Shown here piece by piece: positions 22,646 to 36,237 of a stretch of 64,000 bases of DNA (positions within the stretch are counted from its first letter, which is position 1; each line of letters begins with the position of its first letter). Position numbers and translations under genes: made by a program. Below the pieces are notes generated by a model. It searched no databases. It worked only from the letters and a program-made list of their open reading frames with translations, and was not told where the DNA came from. This DNA is from Macrostomum lignano (Eukaryota). The DNA is taken from assembly GCA_002269645.1 (NCBI GenBank), contig NIVC01000201.1, positions 496,001-560,000 on the forward strand, given 5' to 3'.

Positions 22646-25600
22646 TTGGGGGTTGCTCAGATACAAAGGGTCAATTGGGAGTTTTTGATAGGCCAAGTAT
22701 CATTTGGAGAGTAAGAGTGAGCATTAGGGTTAAGCTGTGGCCTAAAGAGAGGCTTTGATGGCATTGATGCCAAAGCTCAAAGGGTGCTGATATCTTAGGC
22801 TAGATAATTAGCATTCAAGGCAACTATTTTTTGTTTTAAATATCACTTTCCTAGGAAACTAGCAATCATAACTATACAAGGTCAAAGCTACTATAGTTTA
22901 TTAAAAAAGTTTCTTAGTTGCTTTTTTAATAGAGGGGCAAAGATGATTAGTCTTAGCACTAAAATCCTGCCTTTTGGCACTAAATTAATGTTAAAATCTT
23001 GCCTTTAGCACTAAATTGATACTAAAATATTGCCTTTGGCACTAAAATCTTGTCTTATAGCACTAAAGACATTGATTATGGGTATTATGACATTTGGTTT
23101 GTGATTGCCCCCACCCCTAGACTAGATGAAAATCTGGTTATTAGCAACAATTTATTAGAATATTTACTTACTATGCTAGAGTAGAGACTATCAAAGAAAC
23201 CAATATATTCAAAACACTTGCAAGAGACAAATGATCTAATAATAAGATAAGATCTTGTAATTCAATCACTGAAAAATTAAGACTAACAAGCTAGCCACTG
23301 AAAGAAAAGATAAACTATTTAAAGCTAAGCGAAGTTACAGCTAAGCTTAAATCTATCTTATTGATAAATTAAATATAAACTTATAAAATATAATGGGCTT
23401 CAAGATAAAAATTAACTCATGGGCCCAATAATAGAAGAGCTAGAAGAGTAAATAAAGGTATTAATATTATATTAATATTTCAAAATAACTAGACCTTCAA
23501 TAATAATATATACTATACTCATAATGAGTATATAGTGAGGTATAATGAGACATAATGAGGTATAAGAGTAACTCATTACCTTAGTTAGCAATACTAGTAG
23601 TTCTGCACACAGACAGTTATTGTGGTAAAAATAAAAGCTGATTTTAGAGTAGTTTTAAACCTAATTGATGAATCTAAATTGTAAAAACAAAATTTTCAAA
23701 GAAAAAAAGTTGCTTCAAGCATCAAGCTTCGCCTGAAGTCAGCCAACCCTGTATAATAAAAACTTTATAACTAATAAGAGATCTTAATTTGAACTATCGC
23801 GGTTTCTTAGATAATTTATTTACTGCTTAAATTAAAACAAAAAAGTTATATTTTGCAAAACTTATTGTTTAGCTACTGAAGACAGACACAGACGTGAAAT
23901 TTCGAGTTAAAATTAAATATTCTAGCAAATATTTGCTACACAGATTTCTCTTAATTTCAATGCTATTGTGCAACCCGGTGACGCGATAACACATTGACTA
24001 ATGATTTGATCATGTCCCTGTCGATTCGACTATTTCATATATATGTAATGTGTTTTTCCTCTTAGGCTTTTAGGTCGCAGTCAAAGATCGTAGATACGTA
24101 GCTGATAAAATTTAATACTTTCAGTACAGCAATATTGTATTAGCTACAAAGCTTTACAATGGCCATAGGTCAATTTTAGGCAAAGGTCTATATTTTTTTC
24201 ACTGTAAATATAGTATTACTTTGAAAGCTGTACACTTGTAGACAATTTTCCTCTTAGAAATTACCCACTTGTGGCATGTATTAAGTTAGGATCATAATTA
24301 TGCACTTTATAATACTAAAAACTAGAGTGGCTAAATTCTAATTCCAATTTAGATTGTATTTTCAATGTTTTTTATTTTTAATTAGACAAAAATGACTGTC
24401 TTTTTGTTTAGCATTATCAAAATACATTTGATCAAAAAACTATAGATAAATATAGTAGAATTTTTTATTTACAAAGTTGATAAAAAAGATCTTATGACTA
24501 GTCTAATAATAGGTCTATTTGAGAATTTACCATGATAAGTGTATACATCAGCTTAATTTTTTGCCTTTTTCATATAAAAAGGGAAGCTTTTCTAATTATT
24601 GGGAAATGTGCAATTTAAAACCTTTTAATATTTTGTCTAGCATTGTCTAATGTTTAAGTGCAAAATTAAACTTTTGTTAAACTTATAATAGATCATTAAT
24701 GCTATTGCTAGTTATCCAACTAATAGATTAAATAGTCTCACTAGTCTACAGGGCACTAGGCTTCGAATCTAACTAGTTCAAAACTAATTAGAATTAGAAA
24801 AAAATTTACTAGAAGAAAAATTAATAAAAAAGGAAAGCCACTAAAAATTGAGTTTTAAAAGAACTGGAAGATATTATAAAGGAATGACAAAGAATTTAGA
24901 ATCATAGCCACTATGAAGGATTAGCTAAGATAACTACTAACAAAATTTTTGCTTCTGTCATTTTGCTTATTATAGTAAATGAAGATTTTAAACCCATAAA
25001 TAGAACTCAAACTCTAGTATTGATAAATGTATTGAACAATTGCTTTGTAGAAATTTTAAATTAGCAATTATAAATATGGTTTTATTAGCAACTATTCCTA
25101 AATCACAGAATTATTGATGAAAATAATTAAAGTTTAATTTTGTATACTCTATCATTATTAATTTAAGTAGCTTAATTTAATAATAAAATGATGAAAAATT
25201 TTTTTGCAAACAGTAACTAGAACTACCTAGTGCTTAATGCCCAACTCTAAATGTGCACTAGAAATAAAATGTACTTTATTTTTGATACATGTTTCAAAAG
25301 CAATGCACCAATCTGATCAATGCTTTGCTAACACATCTCGATTGCTAGGTCTTGCTTTGAGCTTTTTTATGCTAGTCACAGCTTATGTAAAAGCTAGTAC
25401 TAACTAATAATGCCTAGCTTTATTAAAATTTAACTATCAGCAATATTGAGTGTGTAACTTTCATGACTTTGTGTATGAGTGAGTATTTAATGGATGTAAT
25501 ATTGTTGCAATGCTATACACTGCAGCCTAGTCTAATTATAACTTTTTATGCACTGTGAAATTGCAGTGGCTGTGATGTTCCATATTTTGTTTCTAAAATT

Positions 25601-25831
25601 TTAAGAAAAGAAGGCTGCCATTGAGTTCTGCATGGCAGGATATATGAATGATTTGCTTTGATCTAGCACTTATAAGCCTTGTACTACTAGCCAACTCAAC
25701 TTCAGTATGATAACTCCTGTAGCAAGTATTTCAATAGGCTTTATTAAACCTAAACTACAGTGTCTGATTTGCCCATACTTCAGAGAGAACAATTACTGCA
25801 CTTTATCAAGGCCAGAGGAGCCTCTAGAGCA

Positions 25832-26823
25832 ATGTCCCGTCCCATAAACATGCCAGCCAATCACCAACTGGAGGTGCCTGTGTATTTCTGCCGCCATGCC
25901 GAGTCTACATACAATGCCCATGGCGACTCCAGTCCAGATGTGCCCCTGTCAGAGCGGGGCAGGGCTCAGGCTAAGGCTTTGTCTGGCCACTATCACATAG
26001 TGCTGTGCTCACCTATGCAGAGGGCGAGGCAGACTATTGAGCTGAGTAAGATCACCTACAGCAAAATGCTGGTGAGATCCTGGTTAAAATATCTATTTAT
26101 GGTTTTTTATTAGCTTATTTTTCAATTTCTTATCAATCCGATCTTTATTTAGCTTCTCATCTAATCTGAGCTCTCTGTCTCATCCAGATCGAGAGTGATG
26201 TCTATTCTCACTAAAGGGGCTCTGTCTCAAGCGTTGTGATGTCTATTCTCACCAAAGAGCTCTCTGTCACATCCGATGTGATGTCTATTCTCATCTAATC
26301 TGAGCTCTGTCTCATCCAGTGTGATGTCTGTTCTCACCAAAGGAGCTCTCTTCTCAACTACTAAGCTAGAGTAGTGTCTCAGTCTGTTTCTGTTAGCTCT
26401 AGTCTCTATCCATAAACTCTAGTCTCACTGGATAAACTCAAGTCTCACCCAATGTCGAAGTGTCTAACACAACCATTGTTGCCACCCACTTGCTCCCAGG
26501 TGGTGCCCGAGCTGCGCGAAGTGGTGTCGGTGAGCTCCGACCATCTGGCCCACGAGCGCAGCTGGCACGAGACGGGCAGCCAGGCGCAGGAGCGGTGCGC
26601 CGCAGTCCTTCAGCTGCTGAAAAGCGAAGCGGCGGCGGCGGCAGGCGGCAGTCCGAGAATCCTGCTGGTGTCGCACTGCGTGTTCGGTGGCCGGCTGTAC
26701 GCGCACTGCAATGCGGACTCGCCCAGATGTCCGAAGTTGCGCAACGCTGCGATCGTCCCGTTCCCGGTGACCACCCTGTCCGGACAGAAGAGCCAACGGA
26801 ATGGCAAGATGGCTGGCCTCTGA
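25832..26823 (+). CDS. Histidine phosphatase (phosphoglycerate mutase-like, branch 1), paralog 1
   Basis: Exons 25832-26071 and 26500-26823 (phase-0 GT-AG intron); ~187 aa; YFCRHAES, LCSPMQRARQT, LLVSH motifs. Confidence 0.88.
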
Positions 26824-27352
26824 GCTTGAGACTGTTCACCGTAATCTAATCATGCGAAAGCAGTGCTTTTAAATGCTTCAATTTCGAGATTGGGGCTCGT
26901 ATTTACTGTTGCCTGATTGGTTCCACGTGTTTGCAGTGAAGCTCCTCGTTTATTCAGAGATCCTCAACAGTTCTAGTTATTTTTCATACTTGTCCCTACT
27001 GTGGCACATCCGCGTGCTTTAAGTAAAAAGATGCGCTTTGTTTATGCCTGTCTTGTTTGCAGAAATATAATTGTGAAAACATAATCACTAAGAATTTTGA
27101 TTCCACAGTAATGTTTATCCTTCCTTTTCATTTTTACCCGTTGCTAAGGAAATATAATAGTAATGATTATAAACTATCTATCGCGTTGCTTAGCTGCTGA
27201 ATCACAGTTCGCCAGCTGTGATTGGCTGGCAGCTTTTCAAAGTAAGCCGAAGTCAAATTACTTTGGGCTACATTCAAGTCAACATTAACTGCAATTCATG
27301 CCGCCGGAAATCACCTAGCAACCGGTCCCAATATCACCCAGCAATCTGCCAC

Positions 27353-27895
27353 ATGTCCGGAAATGAGCAGAGCTCGGACACTAAAAAGTCCGCCGTGTAC
27401 TTTTGCCGCCACGCCGAGTCGCGTCACAACGCCTTCGGAGACAACAGCGTCGACGTTGATCTATCGGAGCGCGGCGAGTCGCAGGCGCGGGCGCTGACCG
27501 GCGAGTTCGACCTCGTCCTCTGCTCGCCGATGCGTCGGGCTCGCCGAACTCTCGACCTCAGCGGCATTCGCTATCAACGCCTGGAGATTGTGCCGCAGAT
27601 GCGCGAGTGGATCTTCGATCTGTCCGACCAGATGGCCGGGGAGCCGGCCGAACTTCGGGAGTCGCTTGTCGACATCGAGCGGCGCTGTCAGATGGTTCGA
27701 GAGCGGCTCCGCTCGCTGCTGTCAGTCAATGGTGCTGGCGTTGAAGACGCGGCGCCGCGCAGCGTCCTGCTGGTGTCGCACGCCGCCTTCGGGCGAGAGT
27801 TGTTCCGAGTGTGCGGCTGCGACAGGCCGATCGGCAACATCGCCAATGCCGTCATCTACCCGTTCAACCTGGACTTCAGCTCGCCTGCCAGCTAA
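27353..27895 (+). CDS. Histidine phosphatase (PGAM-like), paralog 2, intronless
   Basis: 180 aa; YFCRHAES, LSERGESQA, LCSPMRRARRT, LLVSH. Confidence 0.9.
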   Translation: MSGNEQSSDTKKSAVYFCRHAESRHNAFGDNSVDVDLSERGESQARALTGEFDLVLCSPMRRARRTLDLSGIRYQRLEIVPQMREWIFDLSDQMAGEPAELRESLVDIERRCQMVRERLRSLLSVNGAGVEDAAPRSVLLVSHAAFGRELFRVCGCDRPIGNIANAVIYPFNLDFSSPAS

Positions 27896-27980
27896 TATTC
27901 AAATATTCAAGAAGTTGCAAGCATTAGCATAATTTTATTGAATTGCCCAATGACTCGAGGATTACAGAGATTGCTGCTTG

Positions 27981-28445
27981 ATTACACCAGAGCGCTGTCC
28001 CATTACACCAGAGCGCTGTCCCATTATACCGGAGCGCTGTCCCATTACACCAGAGCGCTGTCCCATTATACCGGAGCGCTGTCCCATTACACCAGAGCGC
28101 TGTCCCATTATACCGGAGCGCTGTCCCATTACACCAGAGCGCTGTCCCATTACACCAGAGCGCTGTCCCATTACACCAGAGCGCTGTCCCATTACACCAG
28201 AGCGCTGTCCCATTATACCGGAGCGCTGTCCCATTACACCAGAGCGCTGTCCCATTATACCGGAGCGCTGTCCCATTACACCAGAGCGCTGTCTCATTAT
28301 ACCGGAGCGCTGTCCCATTACACCAGAGCGCTGTCCCATTATACCGGAGCGCTGTCCCATTACACCAGAGCGCTGTCCCATTATACCAGAGCGCTGTCCC
28401 ATTATACCGGAGCGCTGTCCCATTACACCAGAGCGCTGTCCCATT
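27981..28445. repeat. 21-bp minisatellite (CATTACACCAGAGCGCTGTCC), ~22 copies
   Basis: Direct reading. Confidence 0.97.
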
Positions 28446-29019
28446 TCCAAGTCCTAGATTTAATTGTGTTTTTTACCTACTTTAATAATTCTAATCAAAT
28501 TTAATAGCACTTTTACTGACTATTCCGCCACGGCTGTCAGATGCAGATGTTGTTACTCAATAGTAGTCAGTTTTGCATATGTTCGCGAATTCGATCTTTC
28601 TCTTAGATTTCCAATGCAATCGTAGAATATTATATATTTAGTAACTATGGCATACAGCCTCGACTATTACAATAGTTCTACTAATTACACGCATGTAGTA
28701 GAACTTCTTGGTAGACAAAATGCTAATCTCGAGTTGAAGACGATGATGGTTAACAACTGTGATTTTTATAACATTTGCCATTTTTGTTCAACTTAACTTG
28801 TTTGTACCCAATAAAGTTTTCCACTGTTTATGGAGATAAATATACTGGTTAGATTATCGATATCTATTGTTAATTGCTATAATAAAATAATGTTTTAAGA
28901 AAAATGCATCAACCATGAAAGCCAGCTATTTAGCCTAAGATATCAGCATTTTCTTGAGCTTTGGAATCAAAGCACCCCTTTAAGCCATGGCCTACCAACA
29001 AATCCCTTTTGACCATTGC

Positions 29020-29725
29020 GCCAGCGATTCCCCATGAGTCTTGGGCATTGCAGCGATTCCCCATGAGTCTTGGGCATCTCAGCGATTCCCCATGAGTCTT
29101 GGGCATCTCAGCGATTCCCCATGAGTCTTGGGCATCTCAGCGATTCCCCATGAGTCTTGGGCATCTCAGCGATTCCCCATGAGTCTTGGACATCTCAGCG
29201 ATTCCTCATGCGTCTTGGGCATCTCAGCGATTCCCCATGAGTCTTAAGCATCTCAGAAATTCCCTATGAGTCTTGGGCATCTCAGCGATTCCCCATGAGT
29301 CTTGGGCATCTTAGCGATTCCCCATGAGTCTTGGGCATCTCAGCGATTCCCCATGAGTCTTGGGCACCTCAGCGATTCCCCATGAGTCTTGGGCATCTCA
29401 GCGATTCCTCATGATTCTTGGGCATCTTAGCGATTTCCTATGAGTCTTGGGCATCTCAGCGATTCCCCATGAGTCTTGGGCATCTCAGCGATTCCTCATG
29501 ATTCTTGGGCATCTTAGCGATTTCCTATGAGTCTTGGGCATCTCAGCGATTCCTCATGAGTCTTGGGCATCTCAGCGATTCCCCATGAGTCTTGGGCATT
29601 GCAGCGATTCCCCATGAGTCTTGGGCATCTCAGCGATTCCCCATGAGTCTTGGGCATCTCAGCGATTCCCCATGAGTCTTGGGCATTGCAGCGATTCCCC
29701 ATGAGTCTTGGGCATCTCAGCGATC
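29020..29725. repeat. 29-bp minisatellite (GCGATTCCCCATGAGTCTTGGGCATCTCA)
   Basis: Direct reading; ~24 copies. Confidence 0.96.
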
Positions 29726-29855
29726 CCCGTAAGTTTTGGGGAATTTATTTTGCCCTGTTGCACCACAAAGCAGCTCTCGCTCAAGTTGCTCGCTCACTTG
29801 GGGTTCGATTCCCGATCATCGACCAACTATACCGATCCGTCACTTGCTGCACAGC

Positions 29856-30422
29856 ATGAGCGCCAAGCAGGCAGCTAAGGTGTACTTCTGCCGGCACGCC
29901 CAGTCGACTTTCAACTCCAGCGGCGACAACTCGCCAGACGTGCCGCTCTCCTTAGCTGGCGAGGCCCAGGCGCGGCAGCTCAGCGGCCACTTCAGCCTGG
30001 TGCTCTGCTCGCCGATGCGCCGCGCCCAGCTCACCCTGCGGCTCAGCGAGATCACCTACGACCGGCTGGAGACCGTCCAGGAGTTGCGCGAGCAGCTGAA
30101 CGAAGGCAGCGACCTGCTGCCTGGCGAGGGCTACGAGAAGCTGGGCGAGTCGGACGCGAGCTTCGCCAGTCGGGTCAGCCAGGTGCGCAACCGCCTGCTG
30201 CAGGTGAGCGATTGCTATTCTCCTGCACTTGTGCTTTGTTGTTACTGGCGTGACACACATCGCAACACTTTGCAGGAGCTCGCCGAAAACAAGTCGCAGG
30301 CTGACTTTCGCATCCTGGTTGTGTCGCACCTGTTCACCGGGTACGCCCTGTTCCAGGCCTGTGGAGTCCGGTCTCCGGACCTGCGCAATGCCCAGATTGT
30401 GCCGCTGCCAGGCCTGCAATGA
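29856..30422 (+). CDS. Histidine phosphatase (PGAM-like), paralog 3
   Basis: Exons 29856-30203 and 30276-30422 (72-nt phase-0 intron CAG|GTGAGC...TTTGCAG); ~164 aa; YFCRHAQS, LCSPMRRAQLT, LVVSH. Confidence 0.88.
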   Translation: MSAKQAAKVYFCRHAQSTFNSSGDNSPDVPLSLAGEAQARQLSGHFSLVLCSPMRRAQLTLRLSEITYDRLETVQELREQLNEGSDLLPGEGYEKLGESDASFASRVSQVRNRLLQVSDCYSPALVLCCYWRDTHRNTLQELAENKSQADFRILVVSHLFTGYALFQACGVRSPDLRNAQIVPLPGLQ

Positions 30423-30870
30423 CCTGATTGGCACTGGCGACTGCTGGACTCACTGTGCTCAAATTTGCGTTCTGGCCTTCCACCATGACCAGCCCACCGA
30501 CCACCGTGACCACCCCACCGTGACCACCCCACCGTGACCACCCCACCGTGACCACCCAACCGTGACCACCCAACCGTGACCAGGCTCCATACTAGCTTCA
30601 CTGTAACAGAGTATCAATACGAATAAAGCATTTCCATATTCATCGAGCTCTCGATCAGAAGCCATGCGAATTTATTTGCAGGCAGAGCAAAGCCTGCATT
30701 GAAATAGGTACTCTGCTTCAATGTCCGTTTTAATTTTGTCTCTAGAGATATTCAAATAGATTTTATTACAATAAAACACTGGAGATTGCAATTAATCTTG
30801 TATGCTTTATAATGAACTTTTCGACCCGAAGTTAAAAAGTATTTGGCGTTTCTTCATATTTGAAATTAAT

Positions 30871-30871
30871 A

Positions 30872-30967
<96 letters not shown>

Positions 30968-30990
30968 TTTACTACTACCAACTACCACTA

Positions 30991-31022
<32 letters not shown>

Positions 31023-31039
31023 TTTACTACTACTACTTT

Positions 31040-31079
<40 letters not shown>

Positions 31080-31119
31080 TTTACTACTACCAACTACCAC
31101 TACTACTACTACTACTACC

Positions 31120-31155
<36 letters not shown>

Positions 31156-31172
31156 TCTTTTACTACTACCAA

Positions 31173-31214
<42 letters not shown>

Positions 31215-31215
31215 T

Positions 31216-31261
<46 letters not shown>

Positions 31262-31293
31262 TTTACTACTACCAACTACCACTACTACTACTA

Positions 31294-31341
<48 letters not shown>

Positions 31342-31342
31342 T

Positions 31343-31383
<41 letters not shown>

Positions 31384-31408
31384 TTACTACTACTACTACT
31401 ATACTATA
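30871..31408. repeat. (ACT)n compound microsatellite
   Basis: Direct reading. Confidence 0.97.
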
Positions 31409-32167
31409 TAAACCACCACAACCAAATTTAGTAAAACACAGGAGACTTGCAATTGTGCTACAATCCAATCAAGCATATTTTTTTTTTATTAAAAACTTTC
31501 GCTTGTGACTTCACTCGCTTGCGTTCTTTGGGCTTTTACATATAGAGTCATCAAAAATTTTGAAGCTAAATTTCCATTGAGATATGCAAAGGTAAAAAGG
31601 GTTGCTAGTCTCACCTCTCCAATCCGGTTTCTGAGCATTCAGTGCAGGCATTTTTCCTAAAAAGATTCTTCTAGATCAGCGCAGAGTGCACAGATCAGCG
31701 CATTCAACACCTGACCGGCAGGATTCAGGTGGGGATTATTCGAGCAAATGAATTTCTTCTAAAAAATAAATAATTCGATCAACTTTACGTGAAATAAAGG
31801 TGAAAAGCCAAGAAAACTTGGCTCTAGAATCGATCAAGAGGGCTGCTGGTTTGCTGTAAATGTCACATTGACATAGCAGAGCAGCTAAGGTGACAACAAA
31901 TGAAAATGTAAATTTGATTTTCTACTCGCTTTTCCGGGTTTGTTTTCTGCGTTTCGGCGCGAATTTGAATTTCCAAAATTGACACTTTTCTGAACTTAAA
32001 AATCGATACAGCGCGGTCGCCAACGCTTCTTTCGGCGAATACATATCTAGCTAACTGGGCGTAGTGTCCTAAGGAATCTGCACTCAAATCCCGTAGGTGA
32101 TGCAGTGGATTAGAAGTACATATGCATGTCAACAAAGAATTTCCAAACTCCTGCAACACTTTGCAGG

Positions 32168-32313
32168 AGCTCGCCGACAACAAGTCGCAGGCTGACTTTC
32201 GCATCCTGGTTGTGTCGCACCTGTTCACCGGGTACGCCCTGTTCCAGGCCTGTGGAGTCCGGTCTCCGGACCTGCGCAATGCCCAGATTGTGCCGCTGCC
32301 AGGCCTGCAATGA
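32168..32313 (+). pseudogene. Duplicated terminal exon of phosphatase paralog 3
   Basis: TTTGCAG|GAGCTCGCCGACAAC... encodes ELADNKSQADFRILVVSH...PLPGLQ*; one substitution (E to D) versus 30276-30422; no upstream exon of its own. Start coordinate is approximate by 1-2 nt. Confidence 0.8.
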
Positions 32314-32803
32314 CCTGATTGGCACTGGCGACTGCTGGACTCACTGTGCTCAAATTTGCGTTCTGGCCTTCCACCGTGACCAGCCCACCGACCACCGTGA
32401 CCACCCCACCGTGACCACCCCACCGTGACCACCCCACCGTGACCACCCAACCGTGACCACCCAACCGTGACCACCCAACCGTGACCACCCAACCGTGACC
32501 ACCCAACCGTGACCAGGCTCCATACTAGCTTCACTGTAACAGAGTATCAATACGAATAAAGCATTTCCATATTCATCGAGCTCTCGATCAGAAGCCATGC
32601 GAATTTATTTGCAGGCAGAGCAAAGCCTGCATTGAAATAGGTACTCTGCTTCAATGTCCGTTTTAATTTTGTCTCTAGAGATATTCAAATAGATTTTATT
32701 ACAATAAAACACTGGAGATTGCAATTAATCTTGTATGCTTTATAATGAACTTTTCGACCCGAAGTTAAAAAGTATTTGACGTTTCTTCATATTTGAAATT
32801 AAT

Positions 32804-33177
<374 letters not shown>

Positions 33178-33968
33178 TAAACCACCACAACCAAATTTAG
33201 TAAAACACAGGAGACTTGCAATTGTGCTACAATCCAATCAAGCATATTTTTTTTTTATTAAAAACTTTCGCTTGTGACTTCACTCGCTTGCGTTCTTTGG
33301 GCTTTTACATATAGAGTCATCAAAAATTTTGAAGCTAAATTTCCATTGAGATATGCAAAGGTAAAAAGGGTTGCTAGTCTCACCTCTCCAATCCGGTTTC
33401 TGAGCATTCAGTGCAGGCATTTTTCCTAAAAAGATTCTTCTAGATCAGCGCAGAGTGCACAGATCAGCGCATTCAACACCTGACCGGCAGGATTCAGGTG
33501 GGGATTATTCGAGCAAATGAATTTCTTCTAAAAAATAAATAATTCGATCAACTTTACGTGAAATAAAGGTGAAAAGCCAAGAAAACTTGGCTCTAGAATC
33601 GATCAAGAGGGCTGCTGGTTTGCTGTAAATGTCACATTGACATAGCAGAGCAGCTAAGGTGACAACAAATGAAAATGTAAATTTGATTTTCTACTCGCTT
33701 TTCCGGGTTTGTTTTCTGCGTTTCGGCGCGAATTTGAATTTCCAAAATTGACACTTTTCTGAACTTAAAAATCGATACAGCGCGGTCGCCAACGCTTCTT
33801 TCGGCGAATACATATCTAGCTAACTGGGCGTAGTGTCCTAAGGAATCTGCACTCAAATCCCGTAGGTGATGCAGTGGATTAGAAGTACATATGCATGTCA
33901 ACAAAGAATTTCCAAACACAATTAAGTCTCAACTTTCTCCATCGTCGCACGTCGTGTGTTTCGCCGTC

Positions 33969-36237
33969 TCAGACGTCGTCTACTTCGTCGCAGCGGGTGA
34001 CCCGCTCCCTGTAGACCAGCTCCTCGCTGTTCATGTCTAGGAACAGCATCACCATGGCAACGATGACGCTGAGCACGGAGACCCAGCCGATGTAGTAGGC
34101 CCAGCCGATGTCCCACTGGGCAGCCGTCTGCGGCGCCCGGCGCTCCGAGATCTCGCGCATGTGGCTGATGGGGAAGGCGATCAGGGCCACCGACTCGACC
34201 AGGGCTGTGGGAGGTGTCCGATATGTAGCGATGTCAATGCGTGTTTTCCTGCATGCGGCTTTGAGGCGATATGGATTGATTTTTTTCCATTTACGCATCT
34301 TCAGGCTCTGTCGAATGAGTCACCAATGTCTCGAAAGGGTTGTCGGAGGCTCTAAAGAGTTGCCAGTGTCTCTTCTAAAGAGTTACCAATGTCTCTTCTA
34401 AGGAGTTACCAATGTCTCTTCTAAAGAGTTACCAATGCCCCTAGATCACGTTATCGGGGTTCTAAAAGTGTTACCAATATCTCTAGAGCGCTGTCAGATC
34501 GAGACTCTAAAGAGTTACCAATGTCTCTAGAGCGTTGTCGGATCGAGGCTCTAAAGAGTTACTAATGTCTCTAGAGGGTATAATAGTTACTGACGTGTGA
34601 AGGGGGTTGTCAGAGGCTCTAGAGAGAGTTACCGATGTCTTAAAGGAGGGTCCGTCAGAGGCTCCAATTGTTACAAGGCTTCAACAGTAAGCAGGCAAAT
34701 TTTGGTTTGATTTTTTCCTGCATTTCATGACAGTCTTACATTAAATGAGATGGCCGTACAGACGTAAAATTCATATCGTTGAAGTAGTTGGTTCTGAACT
34801 GACAAGAGTACAACTAGGAGTCGTTGATGAAGTTTCGTTCTAAGTTTTCAAAACTAGAAGCCTAAACGATGCTACTTCAAGTAGTTGAAAAATTAATTTT
34901 GTAGCCGTTCGCTGCTATCTTTGGGGCCAGAAACAGTGTGTATTTAATCACACCCTCGTGCGCACCGCAGGACCCCTTCAGCTGTGAACTTCATCTGCGC
35001 TTTTAATAATTTCTTTGCGTGCACTTTTTTTCTTTGCGTGGGTTTTTGCTCGACCAATCCCGAGCTCCGGGAAATTACCGTGCCAGACTAGAAATCAGAA
35101 TCGGGAGGCCGCGAAATCGCTCAGAAAATGATTTTGCCACGCATGGGAACTTTCTGCTATCCGAGGGCAGCGCGATTGCCCTTTCTGCCCTCCCTCTGCC
35201 ACCCCTCCGATGCACTGCGCGATTCCACTTCACCTCCGCATTCGAGGCTGACATTTTTCTTCAGAGCGTGAGAGGCAGGAAGGGGGAGTCCGCTGCCACA
35301 GAGACAGGGATTCGAAGAGCCATGCATGGTCGCGGCGCTACAATGTTCATCTGTGCGTGAGAGACGGGCAGATCGAGAAACAGCTTCGGGCAACGAGAGA
35401 CGCAACTGCTGTGTCGCGATCTGAGGGGCAGCCTAAGGGTTTCTGCAGTGAAATGTCATGCACAGCATAGAGCTAGTGGCTGGGTTGCTGACTCTTCTCT
35501 GACTCTGTCCCCCACTACCTTCTTTTTGTCAGCGGCTCGTTGACAGCTCTCACCTGACACCCCCTGCAGTCCGATGGTGAAGGTGTAAATCACGGCTTTC
35601 TTGTTGGAGTCTTTAGTCAACATGCCGCAGGCGTAGGACGTGGCCGCTATGCCGCTGATGAGGGCAGCAGAGAGCATCAGGACACCGCAGGCGGCTGAGT
35701 ATCCTTTACAAAATAAGGGGGTGAAATCAGGACTTGAAACTTTGAAGACTTTCCAGCCTCATGCATGTGTCCTGCTCTGAAGTTAATTCAAAATCGAAAT
35801 CTCACCCGTATTGGCTGGCCGGTAAGTGCAGTCGGAGACATTGTTGCGGGTCCAGCACTCCTCCCAGAGGCCGCTGCAGGTGCTGTCGGACACGATCCAA
35901 CTGCTGCTGGCTATGGCTATCATGATGAAGAACAGGTGACCCAGGGACATCATGAAGGCCAATACCTGAAAGAAGAAGATTTGAAAGAAGAACCTCAAAG
36001 CGTTCAAAGCACCCGAGCTCGCCTGGTCTAAAACAACATAATTCTCTAACACGGTCAGAAGCTTCGAATCTTATCGTATTGTCCAATTCAGAGAGACTGA
36101 AACCCGATGGGATTTGTTTAAGATGAAGAGAGGGAGAACAGATGGATGCAGGGGGCGCTCACCTTGATCGGCCTCCCAACCAGGATGCGGTCCACCCGCA
36201 CGATGGGCGCCAGGCCGTTCGGCATCGCCGAGCCCAT
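33969..36237 (-). CDS. PMP22/EMP/claudin-superfamily tetraspan membrane protein
   Basis: Exons 36237-36163, 35965-35806, 35703-35554, 34204-33969 with compatible phases (0,1,1); ~206 aa; W-x6-GLWEEC-x8-C loop signature, four hydrophobic segments, GWAYYIGW before TM4. Confidence 0.9.
34330..34700. repeat. Degenerate ~22-bp repeat (AGAGTTACCAATGTCTC) in claudin-like intron 3
   Basis: Recurrent GTTACCAATGTCTC cores. Confidence 0.7.

Noticed and set aside
27938-28504. HYTRALS / ITPERCP repeat ORFs
   Set aside because: 21-bp satellite downstream of a stop codon.
30802-31468. Poly-Y/T/L/V/S ORFs
   Set aside because: (ACT)n microsatellite.
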